A stretch of DNA of 64,000 bases, taken from NCBI GenBank assembly GCA_965248925.1, contig CBDFLE010000006.1:576001-640000 (forward strand). The letters are read 5' to 3'. The notes under the pieces were generated by a model. It saw only the letters and a list, made by a program, of their open reading frames with translations. It was not told the DNA's origin and ran no database searches. Both the position numbers and the translations under genes were made by a program. This stretch comes from Candidatus Multivoradales bacterium (GTDB lineage: Bacteria > Acidobacteriota > Thermoanaerobaculia > Multivoradales > J023). Below are positions 1-9,942 of the stretch, one piece after another. How positions within the stretch are numbered: the first letter of the stretch is position 1; each line of letters opens with the position of its first letter.

Positions 1-1
1 C

Positions 2-385
2 GTAGGGCAGACATTCGACCTCGGCGAGATTCGCGACCAAATCAACCAACAATACTTCGCTGGCCGCTTGCAGGTTCACATCACCTGGGGGCCGCGCCGG
101 CAGACCCGCCGCCGGCAGCGCAGCCTACGCCTCGGCACCTACCGCGCCGAGGACCGCTTGGTAAGGCTCCACCGCTGCCTCGACCGACCCGGCGTACCCC
201 GCTTTGTGGTCGAATCCGTGGTCTACCACGAGATGCTGCACGCTGCGGTTCCACCGCGACCGGGCCGCTTGCGGCGCAACGTACACAGCGGCGAATTCCG
301 CCGTCGCGAACGACTTTTCAGCGACCACGAAGCTGCTCAGAAGTGGATCCGTGATCACTTCGGCAAGCTGGTCGGCGGCTGCTAG
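2..385 (+). CDS. SprT/YgjP-like zinc metalloprotease, 5' end outside the window
   Basis: Frame open from base 2; HEMLH (HExxH) motif followed by H..EF. Confidence 0.75.
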   Translation, partial: VGQTFDLGEIRDQINQQYFAGRLQVHITWGPRRQTRRRQRSLRLGTYRAEDRLVRLHRCLDRPGVPRFVVESVVYHEMLHAAVPPRPGRLRRNVHSGEFRRRERLFSDHEAAQKWIRDHFGKLVGGC

Positions 386-1212
386 ACCAAGGAGAAGGAA
401 GCGCGGCCGGCCCAGGCAGGTTGCGGGGCGGTAGGTTCTTCGCGTCGGCCAAGACGCTTGGCGGCCAGCTCGATCTCTTCGGCCAGCAGCGAGTAGGCCA
501 GCGCGCCGGTGGCCAGCGCATCGTACTCAAAAATGTTCTGGCCAAAGGCGGGTGCTTCGGCCAGACGAACATTGGTCCGCACTTCGATGGCGAACACTTT
601 GTCGCCAAAGCGCTGGCGAATAGCTGCGACATTGGCTCGCGTGAGCCGCACTCGATAATCCACCACGGTCAGCATGATGCCGAGAAAGCGCGCCGCCTCG
701 CCCAGCTTGTGGCGCAGACGCTCGGCGGTGGCCACCAGCTGCTCGAGCCCTTCGAGGGCCAAGAATTGAGGCACTGCCGGCACCACAAAAGCATCGGCGG
801 CGGCCAGCGCATTGCGGCTCAGCAAGCACATCGAGGACGGGCAGTCGAGAAAGATGTAGTCATAGTCCTGGCGCACCGGCCACAGGCGTTCGGCGAGCAA
901 CTTCTCGCCACCGCTCCCGGTGTTGACCTCGGCCTCGAAACTGCGCAGGTCTACCGATGCCGGGATCAGCTCGAGCCCGACTGTAGCGGTTGGCCGAACC
1001 GCCTCGCGCACCGTCACTTGGCGATGCAAGATACCGGCAGAGCCCGGACCAAAAGTGCCACGCTTGGCGCCCAACGACAAGGACGCGCCAGCGTTCGGAT
1101 CCAGATCGACGAGTAGTACTCGGTGACCGGCACGGGCCAGCGCCGCCGACAAGTTGACTGACGATGTGGTCTTCCCCACACCGCCTTTCTTGCTCACTAA
1201 AGCGATGATCAC
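382..1212 (-). CDS. ParA/Soj family ATPase (orphan)
   Basis: KGGVGKTT deviant Walker A, VDLDP, DCP, LAEAP motifs; GTG at 1212 chosen as start, ORF open to 1242. Confidence 0.9.
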   Translation of the reverse strand: MIIALVSKKGGVGKTTSSVNLSAALARAGHRVLLVDLDPNAGASLSLGAKRGTFGPGSAGILHRQVTVREAVRPTATVGLELIPASVDLRSFEAEVNTGSGGEKLLAERLWPVRQDYDYIFLDCPSSMCLLSRNALAAADAFVVPAVPQFLALEGLEQLVATAERLRHKLGEAARFLGIMLTVVDYRVRLTRANVAAIRQRFGDKVFAIEVRTNVRLAEAPAFGQNIFEYDALATGALAYSLLAEEIELAAKRLGRREEPTAPQPAWAGRASFSLV

Positions 1213-1324
1213 GGTATTGACATTCCGCCTGTTTGAACACATTTCGCGACCCTGAGTCGAAGACTTTGCTCAACGAAGAGAATAGCTTAGCACGAATCCA
1301 ACGAGCCGGAATAGGACCCGAGCC

Positions 1325-2824
1325 TCAATCCGGGTAGGCCGCGGATGTGGTCTGCTTCAGATAGTGCAGCAAGTCGTCGGCGGCAAGGGGCTTGCCGGTG
1401 GCGCGCTTGATCAGCTGGTCGGCTGACAGCAGGCTGCCATGGCCATGCACATGCCGGCGTAGCCAACCCAAGAGATCACCGAATTCACCAGCGGCAAACG
1501 CGGCCTCCTGATCGCCGAGGTCGCGCTCGGCGGCGGCGAAGAGCTGCGCCGCCGCCATCGTGCCCAGGGTGTAGGTCGGGAAATAGCCGAACAAGCCGAT
1601 CGACCAGTGGATGTCTTGCAGCACTCCCTGCGCCGGATCGGCCGGACGGATGCCGAGCAGGGAGTCGTATTGGTCGTCCCAGAAGCGCGGCAGGTCGGCC
1701 ACTTCGAGGTCGCCGCTGAACAGCGCTCGCTCGATTTCGAAACGAATCACAATGTGCAGATTGTAGGTCGCTTCGTCAGCATCGACGCGAATCAAGGACG
1801 GCTTGACGGTGTGCAACGCCGGCCACAGCCGGTCGAGATCGGGTGCGGCCTGCGGCGTGAAGGCAGTGGAGAAACGCGGCAGCGCCCAGCGCCAAAAACC
1901 CCGGCTACGCCCCACATGGTTCTCCCACAGGCGCGATTGCGATTCATGCACTCCGAGCGACACCGCATCGCCATGGGGCAGGCGTCGCAACGCCTCGGGC
2001 AGTCCTTGCTCATAGAGTCCATGCCCAGTCTCGTGCAAAATGCCGAAGAGAGCGGGGCGAAAGTCGTCCTCCTGCCACCGCCAGGTCATCCGCACATCGC
2101 GGCGACCTATGGCAATGCAGAAGGGATGGGTCGCCGGATCGAGCCGGCCGTCCTTGAAGTCAAAACCTATCGCCCGCGCCACTGAGCGGCCAAAATCGAG
2201 CTGCGCCGCTTCCCCGAAGTGCCCCAACGCAGGCGACTCGTCCACCACCACTCCGCGCTCAGCGACCTCACGAACGATCGGCGTCAAGGCATCCCGCAAG
2301 CTGCTGAAAAGAGGCTCAAGCGAAGCTTCCTTGGCCCCCGGTTCGAAGATGTCGAGCAGCGCGTCGTAGGCTCGGCCGCCAGGCAGCAAGGCGGCGGCTT
2401 GCTCCCGCTTGAGCCGTACCAGCTCTTCGAGTTGGGCGGCAAACAGGGAGAAATCTGCCTGCTCGCGAGCTGCTCGCCAAGCCACCATGCCAACGCTCTT
2501 GGCCTCCGCCAAAGCCCGCATCAGCTCGGCCGAGACTAAAGTTGCCCGATCCACCTCGCGGCGGGCACAGCGCACCATGGCGGTGATTTCCGGATCGTCC
2601 CCGGCATGGTGCGCACAAGCTGCCAAGACGTCGCCCAGCTCAAGCGCCGCCAGCCGCTGATGCTTGATCGCCGCTAGCGTCCCCAGCACCTTGCCGCGCC
2701 TCTCCTGACCGCCGGTCGGCATGTTGGTTTCTTGGTCCCACTCGAGAAGATCTTCGGCGGAATTGAGATCCTCGATCTCGGCCCACAGCTGGCAGAGGCG
2801 GTCGACGGCGGCTTGCTTGTCCAT
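1325..2824 (-). CDS. M32 family carboxypeptidase
   Basis: HPF, HETGH, HESQ, IRVDAD, QDIHW and GYFPTY motifs. Confidence 0.95.
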   Translation of the reverse strand: MDKQAAVDRLCQLWAEIEDLNSAEDLLEWDQETNMPTGGQERRGKVLGTLAAIKHQRLAALELGDVLAACAHHAGDDPEITAMVRCARREVDRATLVSAELMRALAEAKSVGMVAWRAAREQADFSLFAAQLEELVRLKREQAAALLPGGRAYDALLDIFEPGAKEASLEPLFSSLRDALTPIVREVAERGVVVDESPALGHFGEAAQLDFGRSVARAIGFDFKDGRLDPATHPFCIAIGRRDVRMTWRWQEDDFRPALFGILHETGHGLYEQGLPEALRRLPHGDAVSLGVHESQSRLWENHVGRSRGFWRWALPRFSTAFTPQAAPDLDRLWPALHTVKPSLIRVDADEATYNLHIVIRFEIERALFSGDLEVADLPRFWDDQYDSLLGIRPADPAQGVLQDIHWSIGLFGYFPTYTLGTMAAAQLFAAAERDLGDQEAAFAAGEFGDLLGWLRRHVHGHGSLLSADQLIKRATGKPLAADDLLHYLKQTTSAAYPD

Positions 2825-2930
2825 GGCTGGATTCTATCCGCCCAGGCCGAGGAGCCAAGCCCGGAGAGAGAAAAGCAGCCGTCACTCGACGTGCTGGGCA
2901 ACGGCTGCTGACTGGAGCACTCAGCAGCGC

Positions 2931-5927
2931 TCAGGGAGCGATATACGCTGTCGGCGGGTTGAGCACCTCACAGTCGGCGATCATCTCCCGCACCCGTTTC
3001 TCGTACATCTGACGATTGTCAGCGGCGTCTTCGGCCTCGATGCGCAAGATATCGTCGTTCAGCAGGCCGTTGACCTGCACCACGAAGGAACCGTTGATCA
3101 CCACCGTGTTAGCGACGCTGCCCCACAGATTGCCGTTGATCTCGAGCGACAGATCAGTGATGTAGCCACTATCGTCCCAGGTACCGATGCGTATCTTCCC
3201 TACGGTGCAGCTATCGTCGGCCAGGGCAAAATCTACCGTCGGGTGGAAGCGGTCAATCTTGGCGCCGCGCAAAGGGCCGTGGTCGCGTGGCATGTGGTTG
3301 TCGATCCAGCGACCCAGGGTGTGGACCCAACGTGCTTTGGCGAGATCGCTGCTAGCGCACAGACCCGGAGTCTGGGCGTGGCTAGCAGTGAAAAAATATC
3401 CATAGTCGCTGGCCCCCAGATTCTTCTGGAATTTGGGGTCGCTATTCAACCGTCCGTCGGCGCGCTGCCCCCGTGCCGCCCAGAACAGTGGACTGCCCAA
3501 GGCCCCTGCCCGCGAGTTGGCGTAGTGGCGATTGGTGACCTGATTGTAGGCATCGAGCTCGTCACTGTAGCCAAAGGCCTGGATCGACGGCGGCGTGCCA
3601 ATGACTTGCTGGGTGCTATGACAAGCGCCGCAGTAGAGATCGAGCCCGCTGAAAAGGTCCGCCTTCCACTCCGGTGACACCAGGGCTGGCCACGGCGAGT
3701 TCTTGATCATCGGTTTGCATTGAGCATCGTAGTCGACATAGGAAGTACCGTTGACCATGTCTAGGGGGCCCGCGATATCGGCGTCGGTGCCGGCAAAGGT
3801 GTAGCTCTGCTGTCCCAACTCGTGCTGATGACAACCGCCGCAGTTGGTACGAGTCTCCCGCGGTTTCAGAGAATGCCAACTTCGCACGTCGGTAAGCTTG
3901 AGCCCGTAGTTGCGATCCAAGAGCTGGAACTCGAACGGCGTTTGGGCCGGTATCAACGCCTGGAACGACTGATCGTCGCGTTCATTGTTGCGAATGTCGT
4001 AGACCCCGAGCAGTGTAGAGGTCTCATGCCTGCCACCGAAGGTCTGGTAGCCGGACTGGCCACCGGGATAGCCAAAGCGCACATCGGGTTTGTTGCTGGT
4101 GATCTGCACCGCGATGCCCAACACCAAGTTGGGATCCAGGTCGAGGCAGGGATTGGCCGGATCCTTGACGTAGGTCAATCCGTCGGTGTTGCGAATCACA
4201 AGGTCTTTCTCGGAGTTTATGTTGTTCGAACTCTTGCCAGGCCGGAAAGGGGCGAAAGACGGGCTCTGCATCCACAACCAGCAGTCAAAGGGCTTGCGAT
4301 CTGTATTCCACAATGCAGCGGTGCCGACCTGGGCGTGCGGCACCCCCGGCTGGATGGTCGACCGGGGATCGATCGTCGATGGCGCCGAGCGTTGCACCAC
4401 ATCGCCATTGCTACGCTTCGACCAAGGCACCATCGGCGCCGGCCACACCAGGCTGTAGGTCTTGGTCGAGTCAGAGACCACCGGCCACAGTCCAGTACCG
4501 TTCTGGAAGCTTACCGGGTCGAGTGGGTGGAAAGGCTGAAGATCAGGCCGGAAGGCGATGTAGGACTCAAAGACATGTTTGTTGTTCTCCGGGTCTGGTA
4601 CTCGACCGTTGGCGCTGGTGCGTGTATACGCTACGAAGAGTTCGTTCGGGCGGGCGCAGCGCGGGGTGGTCAACTTACCAACATAAACCCCGTTGACTTT
4701 TGGTGACGGGTCGTCGTTGTCAGAAACCTGCTGCGAGATCTTTGATGAGCCCCATTGCCGGGGGCGGGCGCCGGAACCGGTGAGATCATTGTACTCATTG
4801 ACTCCGACCTTAGCCATCTCCTGCTTGTAAATCGCCCCGAAGCCTTCGTTATTGAGGTTGTAGTAGCGAGTGGCCACAAAGTAGTCGCCGCGTAGTTCCT
4901 GATTGGGATTGCTGGTGTCGACGCAGAAAGTACCAAGGTGAAAGAGCCCAGGATTAGAACCGAAACCGATCAGCGGCGCCCAACGGCCCGCCGAGTCGGA
5001 CGATTGGATATGCCAGTTGCGGTAGTCTTCGGTAGTCGCCTGGTAAGAGAAGGCAACCCCGTCGCGCAGCCGCGTCGGCGACATCGTCGAGGTAGTGGTG
5101 TAATACTGGAATTGCTGTTTATTGACCAAATTCCCTTCGTTGGAGATCTCGGCGGTATGCAAGTTGAAGTTGTGGTTAGAGTAGCTGCTGGCCTGATTGT
5201 TCGAGCCACGCATGCGGCGCTCGTCACTGGCATAGATCAATTTCAGCCGGCCGCCCTGACGCATCTCCGTGGCATGCATGTAAACCGTGCCCCAGTTGTT
5301 AAGACTGGTGTTGGCAGCGATTCCGTAGTTCATCGCCGTGCGCTGATGATCGGTCGGCACCTGCTGACCATTGACGATGGTGCGATCGGTCAGCCGAGTC
5401 ACCGTCAGGGAAGCCGGATTGTAGGCCGAGTTGCCAAGCAGCGGCTCCAGATCAAGGCGGTAGAGGTCTGCGCCGAGCACCGGCAAGTAGGTCTGACTAG
5501 CTTTGTTGTCGGCATCGTGGAAGTAGGAGAAGTAGAGCGTCTTGCCGTCTTCCGAGACATTGGGCTCCACCACCGTGCCTTTGAAGAGTTCATTCGCCGA
5601 AGTGAGAATCTTGCCGCTCTGGGCATGGGTCGGCAACGGGAAAAGCTTCTTGACCGCGCCGTTGGCTAGCAAGATGTAGAGATGGTGACCGCCGCGAGGA
5701 TTGTTGGCCGCCAACACATCGGTGCCGATGCTGTCGTTACTGTTCGGCCGCACCAGCGCGGCGACGAATGCCACCGCGTAGGGCGGTTGATGGTAGCCGG
5801 GGTCGGTAGCGGCGGTCTTCCAGGTCTGTCCCTGCGCCCCGGCCGCCCACCAGCAGCAAGACGAGAGCGTAAGGGCGATTGCCAGCCGCCAGGCTGGGCT
5901 ACGGCGCGGTGCGAGAGTTTTCTTCAT
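2931..5927 (-). CDS. Secreted hydrazine-synthase-alpha-like protein with two c-type heme motifs
   Basis: AGGAGG RBS and signal peptide at MKKTL; SF..LIPA.TP..FQLLD...W....P.E..CGGCH segment; second CGACH motif. Confidence 0.7.
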   Translation of the reverse strand: MKKTLAPRRSPAWRLAIALTLSSCCWWAAGAQGQTWKTAATDPGYHQPPYAVAFVAALVRPNSNDSIGTDVLAANNPRGGHHLYILLANGAVKKLFPLPTHAQSGKILTSANELFKGTVVEPNVSEDGKTLYFSYFHDADNKASQTYLPVLGADLYRLDLEPLLGNSAYNPASLTVTRLTDRTIVNGQQVPTDHQRTAMNYGIAANTSLNNWGTVYMHATEMRQGGRLKLIYASDERRMRGSNNQASSYSNHNFNLHTAEISNEGNLVNKQQFQYYTTTSTMSPTRLRDGVAFSYQATTEDYRNWHIQSSDSAGRWAPLIGFGSNPGLFHLGTFCVDTSNPNQELRGDYFVATRYYNLNNEGFGAIYKQEMAKVGVNEYNDLTGSGARPRQWGSSKISQQVSDNDDPSPKVNGVYVGKLTTPRCARPNELFVAYTRTSANGRVPDPENNKHVFESYIAFRPDLQPFHPLDPVSFQNGTGLWPVVSDSTKTYSLVWPAPMVPWSKRSNGDVVQRSAPSTIDPRSTIQPGVPHAQVGTAALWNTDRKPFDCWLWMQSPSFAPFRPGKSSNNINSEKDLVIRNTDGLTYVKDPANPCLDLDPNLVLGIAVQITSNKPDVRFGYPGGQSGYQTFGGRHETSTLLGVYDIRNNERDDQSFQALIPAQTPFEFQLLDRNYGLKLTDVRSWHSLKPRETRTNCGGCHQHELGQQSYTFAGTDADIAGPLDMVNGTSYVDYDAQCKPMIKNSPWPALVSPEWKADLFSGLDLYCGACHSTQQVIGTPPSIQAFGYSDELDAYNQVTNRHYANSRAGALGSPLFWAARGQRADGRLNSDPKFQKNLGASDYGYFFTASHAQTPGLCASSDLAKARWVHTLGRWIDNHMPRDHGPLRGAKIDRFHPTVDFALADDSCTVGKIRIGTWDDSGYITDLSLEINGNLWGSVANTVVINGSFVVQVNGLLNDDILRIEAEDAADNRQMYEKRVREMIADCEVLNPPTAYIAP

Positions 5928-6094
5928 CGGTCTATGCCTCCTTCGTTGGTTTGGCCGCATCGATCTGAGTTTGATCCGGCCTTCGTCATGTACAAGCGGA
6001 AATCGAGGCAAGATTCGATAATCGGCACCCTGGCCCGGCCTACCAGCAGCGAAATCGCTAGCCCGTAGTGACGACTGAGCTAGAATCCTGAGCG

Positions 6095-7464
6095 ATGATG
6101 GACTCGAGCACGGCACGTTTTCGACTGCGCGGCACGATCGCTGAACAACGGCATTGGTTTGATCTGGCTCCAGGTCAGAATCGCGTCGGCAGCGAGTCAG
6201 ACAACGAAATCCAGCTCGCCGAAGCTGGCGTCTCCCGCCACCACGCCTTGCTGATCGTCGGCGCCCGCGGCCTGCGGGTCGAGGATTTACAGAGCAAGAA
6301 CGGCACCGGTCATGGGGCGATTTCGACTACTGTTCTCCACCAAGGCGCGGATCGGGTGGCACTGCGGGTTTGGCACTGCGGGTTTGGGGGGATTTTGCCC
6401 AACGTCAGCGGGCGGCGGTGCTGTTTCGCATCTTGGTGCAGCTGATCGCCCGCTACCGTCGACCCACCCTGTCGCGGCAATCGCCCGAGGTGCCGACTCC
6501 CTCCGGCCTGCGCTTGCCGCGGGGCTACGTAGCCGGCAGCTCGAAGGAGACCTCGACCCTGCACCAGCTCCTCGTCACCTTGGCTCAAGGCGACTTGCCA
6601 GTGTTGGTGGTTGGCGAGACTGGCACCGGCAAGGAGTATGTCGCCCACATTCTCCATGCCTCGAGTCCGCGCCGCGACGGCCCCTTCGTGGCCCTGAATT
6701 GCGCCGCCATGCCGACCGAGCTGTTGGAGGCCGAACTCTTCGGTATCGCCAAGGGAGTCGCCACCGGAGTTAGCGCCCGGCAGGGACAATTCCAGCAGGC
6801 CGCCGGCGGCACCCTATTTCTCGATGAGATCGGCGAGCTGCCCCTGAGCTTGCAGCCGAAGCTGCTGCGGGTGTTGCAAGAAAAGGTGGTGCAACCGGTC
6901 GGCGGCTCGCCGAGACCGCTCGAAGTTCGCCTCTTGGCAGCAACCAACCAGGCGCTCGACCAGCATATTCACGCGGGCAAGTTCCGCGCCGATCTCTATT
7001 ACAGACTAGCCGGTGCTCTCATTCAAGTGCCGGCGCTGCGCCAACGCCGCGAGGATGTAGCCGCCCTGGTGGAGCACTTTCTGCGGCGCACCTGCGAGCA
7101 GCTACACAAGCCGATTCGCGGCCTCTCGGTGCGCGCCCTAGAGGTGCTGGCGGCCCAGTCCTGGCCAGGCAATGTGCGCCAGCTCGAAAACGAGGTGCAG
7201 CGCCTGGTCTACACTTGCCCGGCTGGTGGGGTGATCGAGTCGTCGATGATCGCTCCAGCTGTCCTCAACAGCGACCAGCGGGCCGGACGGCTACCGGAAA
7301 TGGTGCGACAGATCAGTGAATTACGCTGGGAGCGGATTGAGCGGGCGGTGGTCGAGGAAGCCCTGCGCCGCACCCGTGGCAACCAGGTCCAGGCCGGCAA
7401 GCTGCTCGGCATCTCGCGCACCGCCGTCCGCCGCCACTTGGCCCGGTGGTCGGACGAAGAATGA
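6095..7464 (+). pseudogene. FHA-domain sigma54-dependent activator, frameshifted and with a truncated FHA domain
   Basis: FHA motifs VSRHHA and DLQSKNGT; then GETGTGKE, GVATGV (GAFTGA variant), LFLDEIG, WPGNVRQL and a Fis-type HTH; frame broken by a 14-bp duplication at 6357-6384. Confidence 0.85.
6357..6384 (+). repeat. Perfect 14-bp tandem duplication TGGCACTGCGGGTT x2
   Basis: Directly visible; removing one copy puts the two ORFs in the same frame. Confidence 0.95.
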
Positions 7465-7479
7465 GGTAGACAGATATTA

Positions 7480-7505
7480 ACTACTGCACGCAAGCGTGCA
7501 GTAGT
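7480..7505. terminator. Hairpin downstream of the activator gene
   Basis: ACTACTGCACG-caag-CGTGCAGTAGT, perfect 11-bp stem; no U tract, so it may be an operator instead. Confidence 0.4.
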
Positions 7506-7620
7506 GCACGTAAACGAGCGGTTCGAAGATCAAAAACGACCTTTCGTCCCACGCGGACGACCTCCCGCAGGTCCTCTCGATCTCTACAATCGAAGTCACC
7601 GAGGAGCATTGTCCGCGTCC

Positions 7621-9869
7621 ATGCCTGAGAATCCCGCTCTACCGCGCGTCATCGACCCAGCCACCGTGACCTTGGCGGCGGCGAACTCGCCTCGACACGT
7701 GGTCGATCGAGAGAACTTTAGCCGCGGCGACACCATCGGCCGCTATGTGGTGTTAGACGCGGCGGGCAGCGGTGGCATGGGGGTGGTCTATGCCGCCTTC
7801 GACCCCGAGCTCGACCGCAAGGTTGCCATCAAGCTGCTGCGCCGCGGTACCTCCAAGGCCCAAGGAACAGCTGTTGCGCGAAGCCCAAGCGCTGGCCCGC
7901 CTTGACCACCCCAACGTGCTCACTGTCCATGACGTCGGCTTGGTCGATGGCCGGGTCTTCCTGGCCACCCTGGCCATAGCGCTGGCAGCTGCCGCTGGCT
8001 GGGGCTATCAGCGCTCCCATGCCACTCGCCAGGCCCTCTGCGGCGGCGGCAAAGCCAAGATCGCCGAACTGTGAAACCCGGCTCGAATCAGCTCCCTCGA
8101 AGCAGCCTTCAGCGCCGCCGATGAGCCCTTTGCCGAGGATGTCTGGAATACCACCCGCGGCACCCTGAGCGGCTGGAGTCAGGAGTGGGCCGCGGCGCAC
8201 CGAGAAGCTTGCGCGGCCACCACTCTGCGCGGCGAGCAATCGACGGCGTTACTGGATCGGCGGATGGCCTGCCTCAACCAGCGGCTGCACGAGTTAGGCA
8301 CCTTAGTCAAGCTGCTAGAACAACCGAATCCAGCGCTGATCAGCCGCGCCGCCGATGCTGCCTCAGGGCTCTCACCGATAGAAAACTGTGCCCAAACCGA
8401 ATCCCTGCCGCTACCGCCGAACGGCAAGTCCGACGATCTCGAAGCCCTCGGCCTGCGCCTGGCCTCAGCTCGCGTCCACATTCTGCTCGGCACCTATGAA
8501 GCGGGTGCCGAACAAGCTCAACAGTTGGTCGCGGAGGCTCGCGAGCTCGGCTACCGTCCCGTGATCGCCGATACCCTCCTGCTTCCTAGCACAGCTGCAA
8601 ATGGTGCTCTTCCAGCATGACCAGGCTGCCACGAGCCTCGATCTGGCGCTCGCCGCAGCTGCCGCCGGCCACCATTTGAAGGCTACCGCCAGGATCTTTG
8701 TCGAACGCATTCAACTGGCGGCCAGTACTGGCGACCTCGAGCGCGGACTGCGGGTGGTGGCGGATGCCGAAGCGTTGATCGCCAGCTTGGCCGAGCCCGG
8801 GCCGCTGATTCTGGAGCTGGCCAAAAGCCGCACCCTCCTATGGCGCGAGACCGGCGACTTCGAACGCGCTCTCGAAGCCGCCAACCAGTCCCTGGAGTTG
8901 GCCCGCGACCAGCACGGTGAAAACAGCCTCGATGGCGCTTGGCTCCGCACCCTCATCGGCGACCTGGAGAGCGCCCGTGGTCACCTGACGATCGCCCGCG
9001 AGCAGCAGCAGGCGGCGCTCGCCATCACCGAAGCCAGGCTCGGCCCCTACCACCCCAACGTAGCTCTGGCCCTCGACCGCATCGGTCAGGTGGCCAGCCA
9101 AGCCGGTGACTTTGCAACCGCCTTAGAATCCCATCAGCGAGCACTGGAGATTCGGCAGACAAGCTCAGCCGACAACGACACGGTAGAGATCGCGGCTTCC
9201 CTACTGCACGTCGGCGCCGCCGAAAGCGGCCTTGGTCACCATCAACTAGCCCACCAACATCTAGCACGGGCTGGGAAGATATTCGAGCAGGCCCTCGGCG
9301 CCGAGCATCCCTACGTCGCGGTGGCCCTGATCAATACTGCCATCACTCTGGTCGAACTCGGCCGTGAGCGGGAGAGCGTCGAACTCTGCCGGCGAGCGAT
9401 GGCGATCCGCGAAAAGGTCTATAGCGGCGATCACCCGAAGGTGGCCAAGGTCGCCTATAACTTGGGCCTAGCACTGCGCAAGAGCGGCGCCCCAGCCGCG
9501 GCTTTGCCCGAACTCCGCCGAGCGCTGAGCATCTGGGAGCAAAATCTGGCGCCAGACCATCGCGTGCGCGGCGCCGCTCTGACCGCCATTGGCGAGACTC
9601 TGCTCGATCTGGAGCGACCGCTGGAGGCCCGGCCCCTGCTCGAGCAGGGGCTCGCAATCTCCACCGCCGCCGAGACCAGCCCCGACCTCCTGGGCATCGG
9701 TCAATTCGCCCTTGCTCGAGTCCTCGACGCTCTGGATCGCCAGCCCTCCAGATCCCTGGAACTAGCTCACCAAGCACGGCAGCAGTTTCTCCGCGTCGCC
9801 GGCATCAGCCGCCGCGAGCTGGCGGCAGTAGACCGCTGGTTGGCCAGCCACCAACCCGCCGGCGACTAG
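7621..9869 (+). pseudogene. Membrane Ser/Thr kinase with TPR repeats, disrupted
   Basis: GSGGMGVVY, VAIK and REAQALARLDHPNV, then an abrupt jump to the TM helix (HRD/DFG region absent); frameshift near 7864, in-frame TGA at 8072-8074, frameshift near 8586; TPR part 8601-9869 open. Confidence 0.85.
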
Positions 9870-9871
9870 GT

Positions 9872-9886
9872 TGGCACCCATCGTGC
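9872..9886 (+). promoter_or_regulatory. Putative sigma54 -24/-12 promoter
   Basis: TGGCACCCATCGTGC with GG-N10-GC spacing, about 57 bp upstream of the ATG at 9943, near a sigma54 activator gene. Confidence 0.6.
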
Positions 9887-9942
9887 CTTAAATCCTCTGC
9901 AGAGAGAGAGACCATGTTCATTGAACGAACTAGAAAGGCAAC

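Noticed and set aside
2931-5927. True anammox hydrazine synthase
   Set aside because: No hzsB/hzsC neighbours; only a shared domain motif
6357-6387. Sigma54 promoter within the TGGCAC duplication
   Set aside because: No GC at the -12 position, and the site lies inside a coding region
8072-8074. TGA recoding to Trp or Sec
   Set aside because: The gene has other lesions and TGA ends many normal genes here; a TGG-to-TGA mutation is simpler
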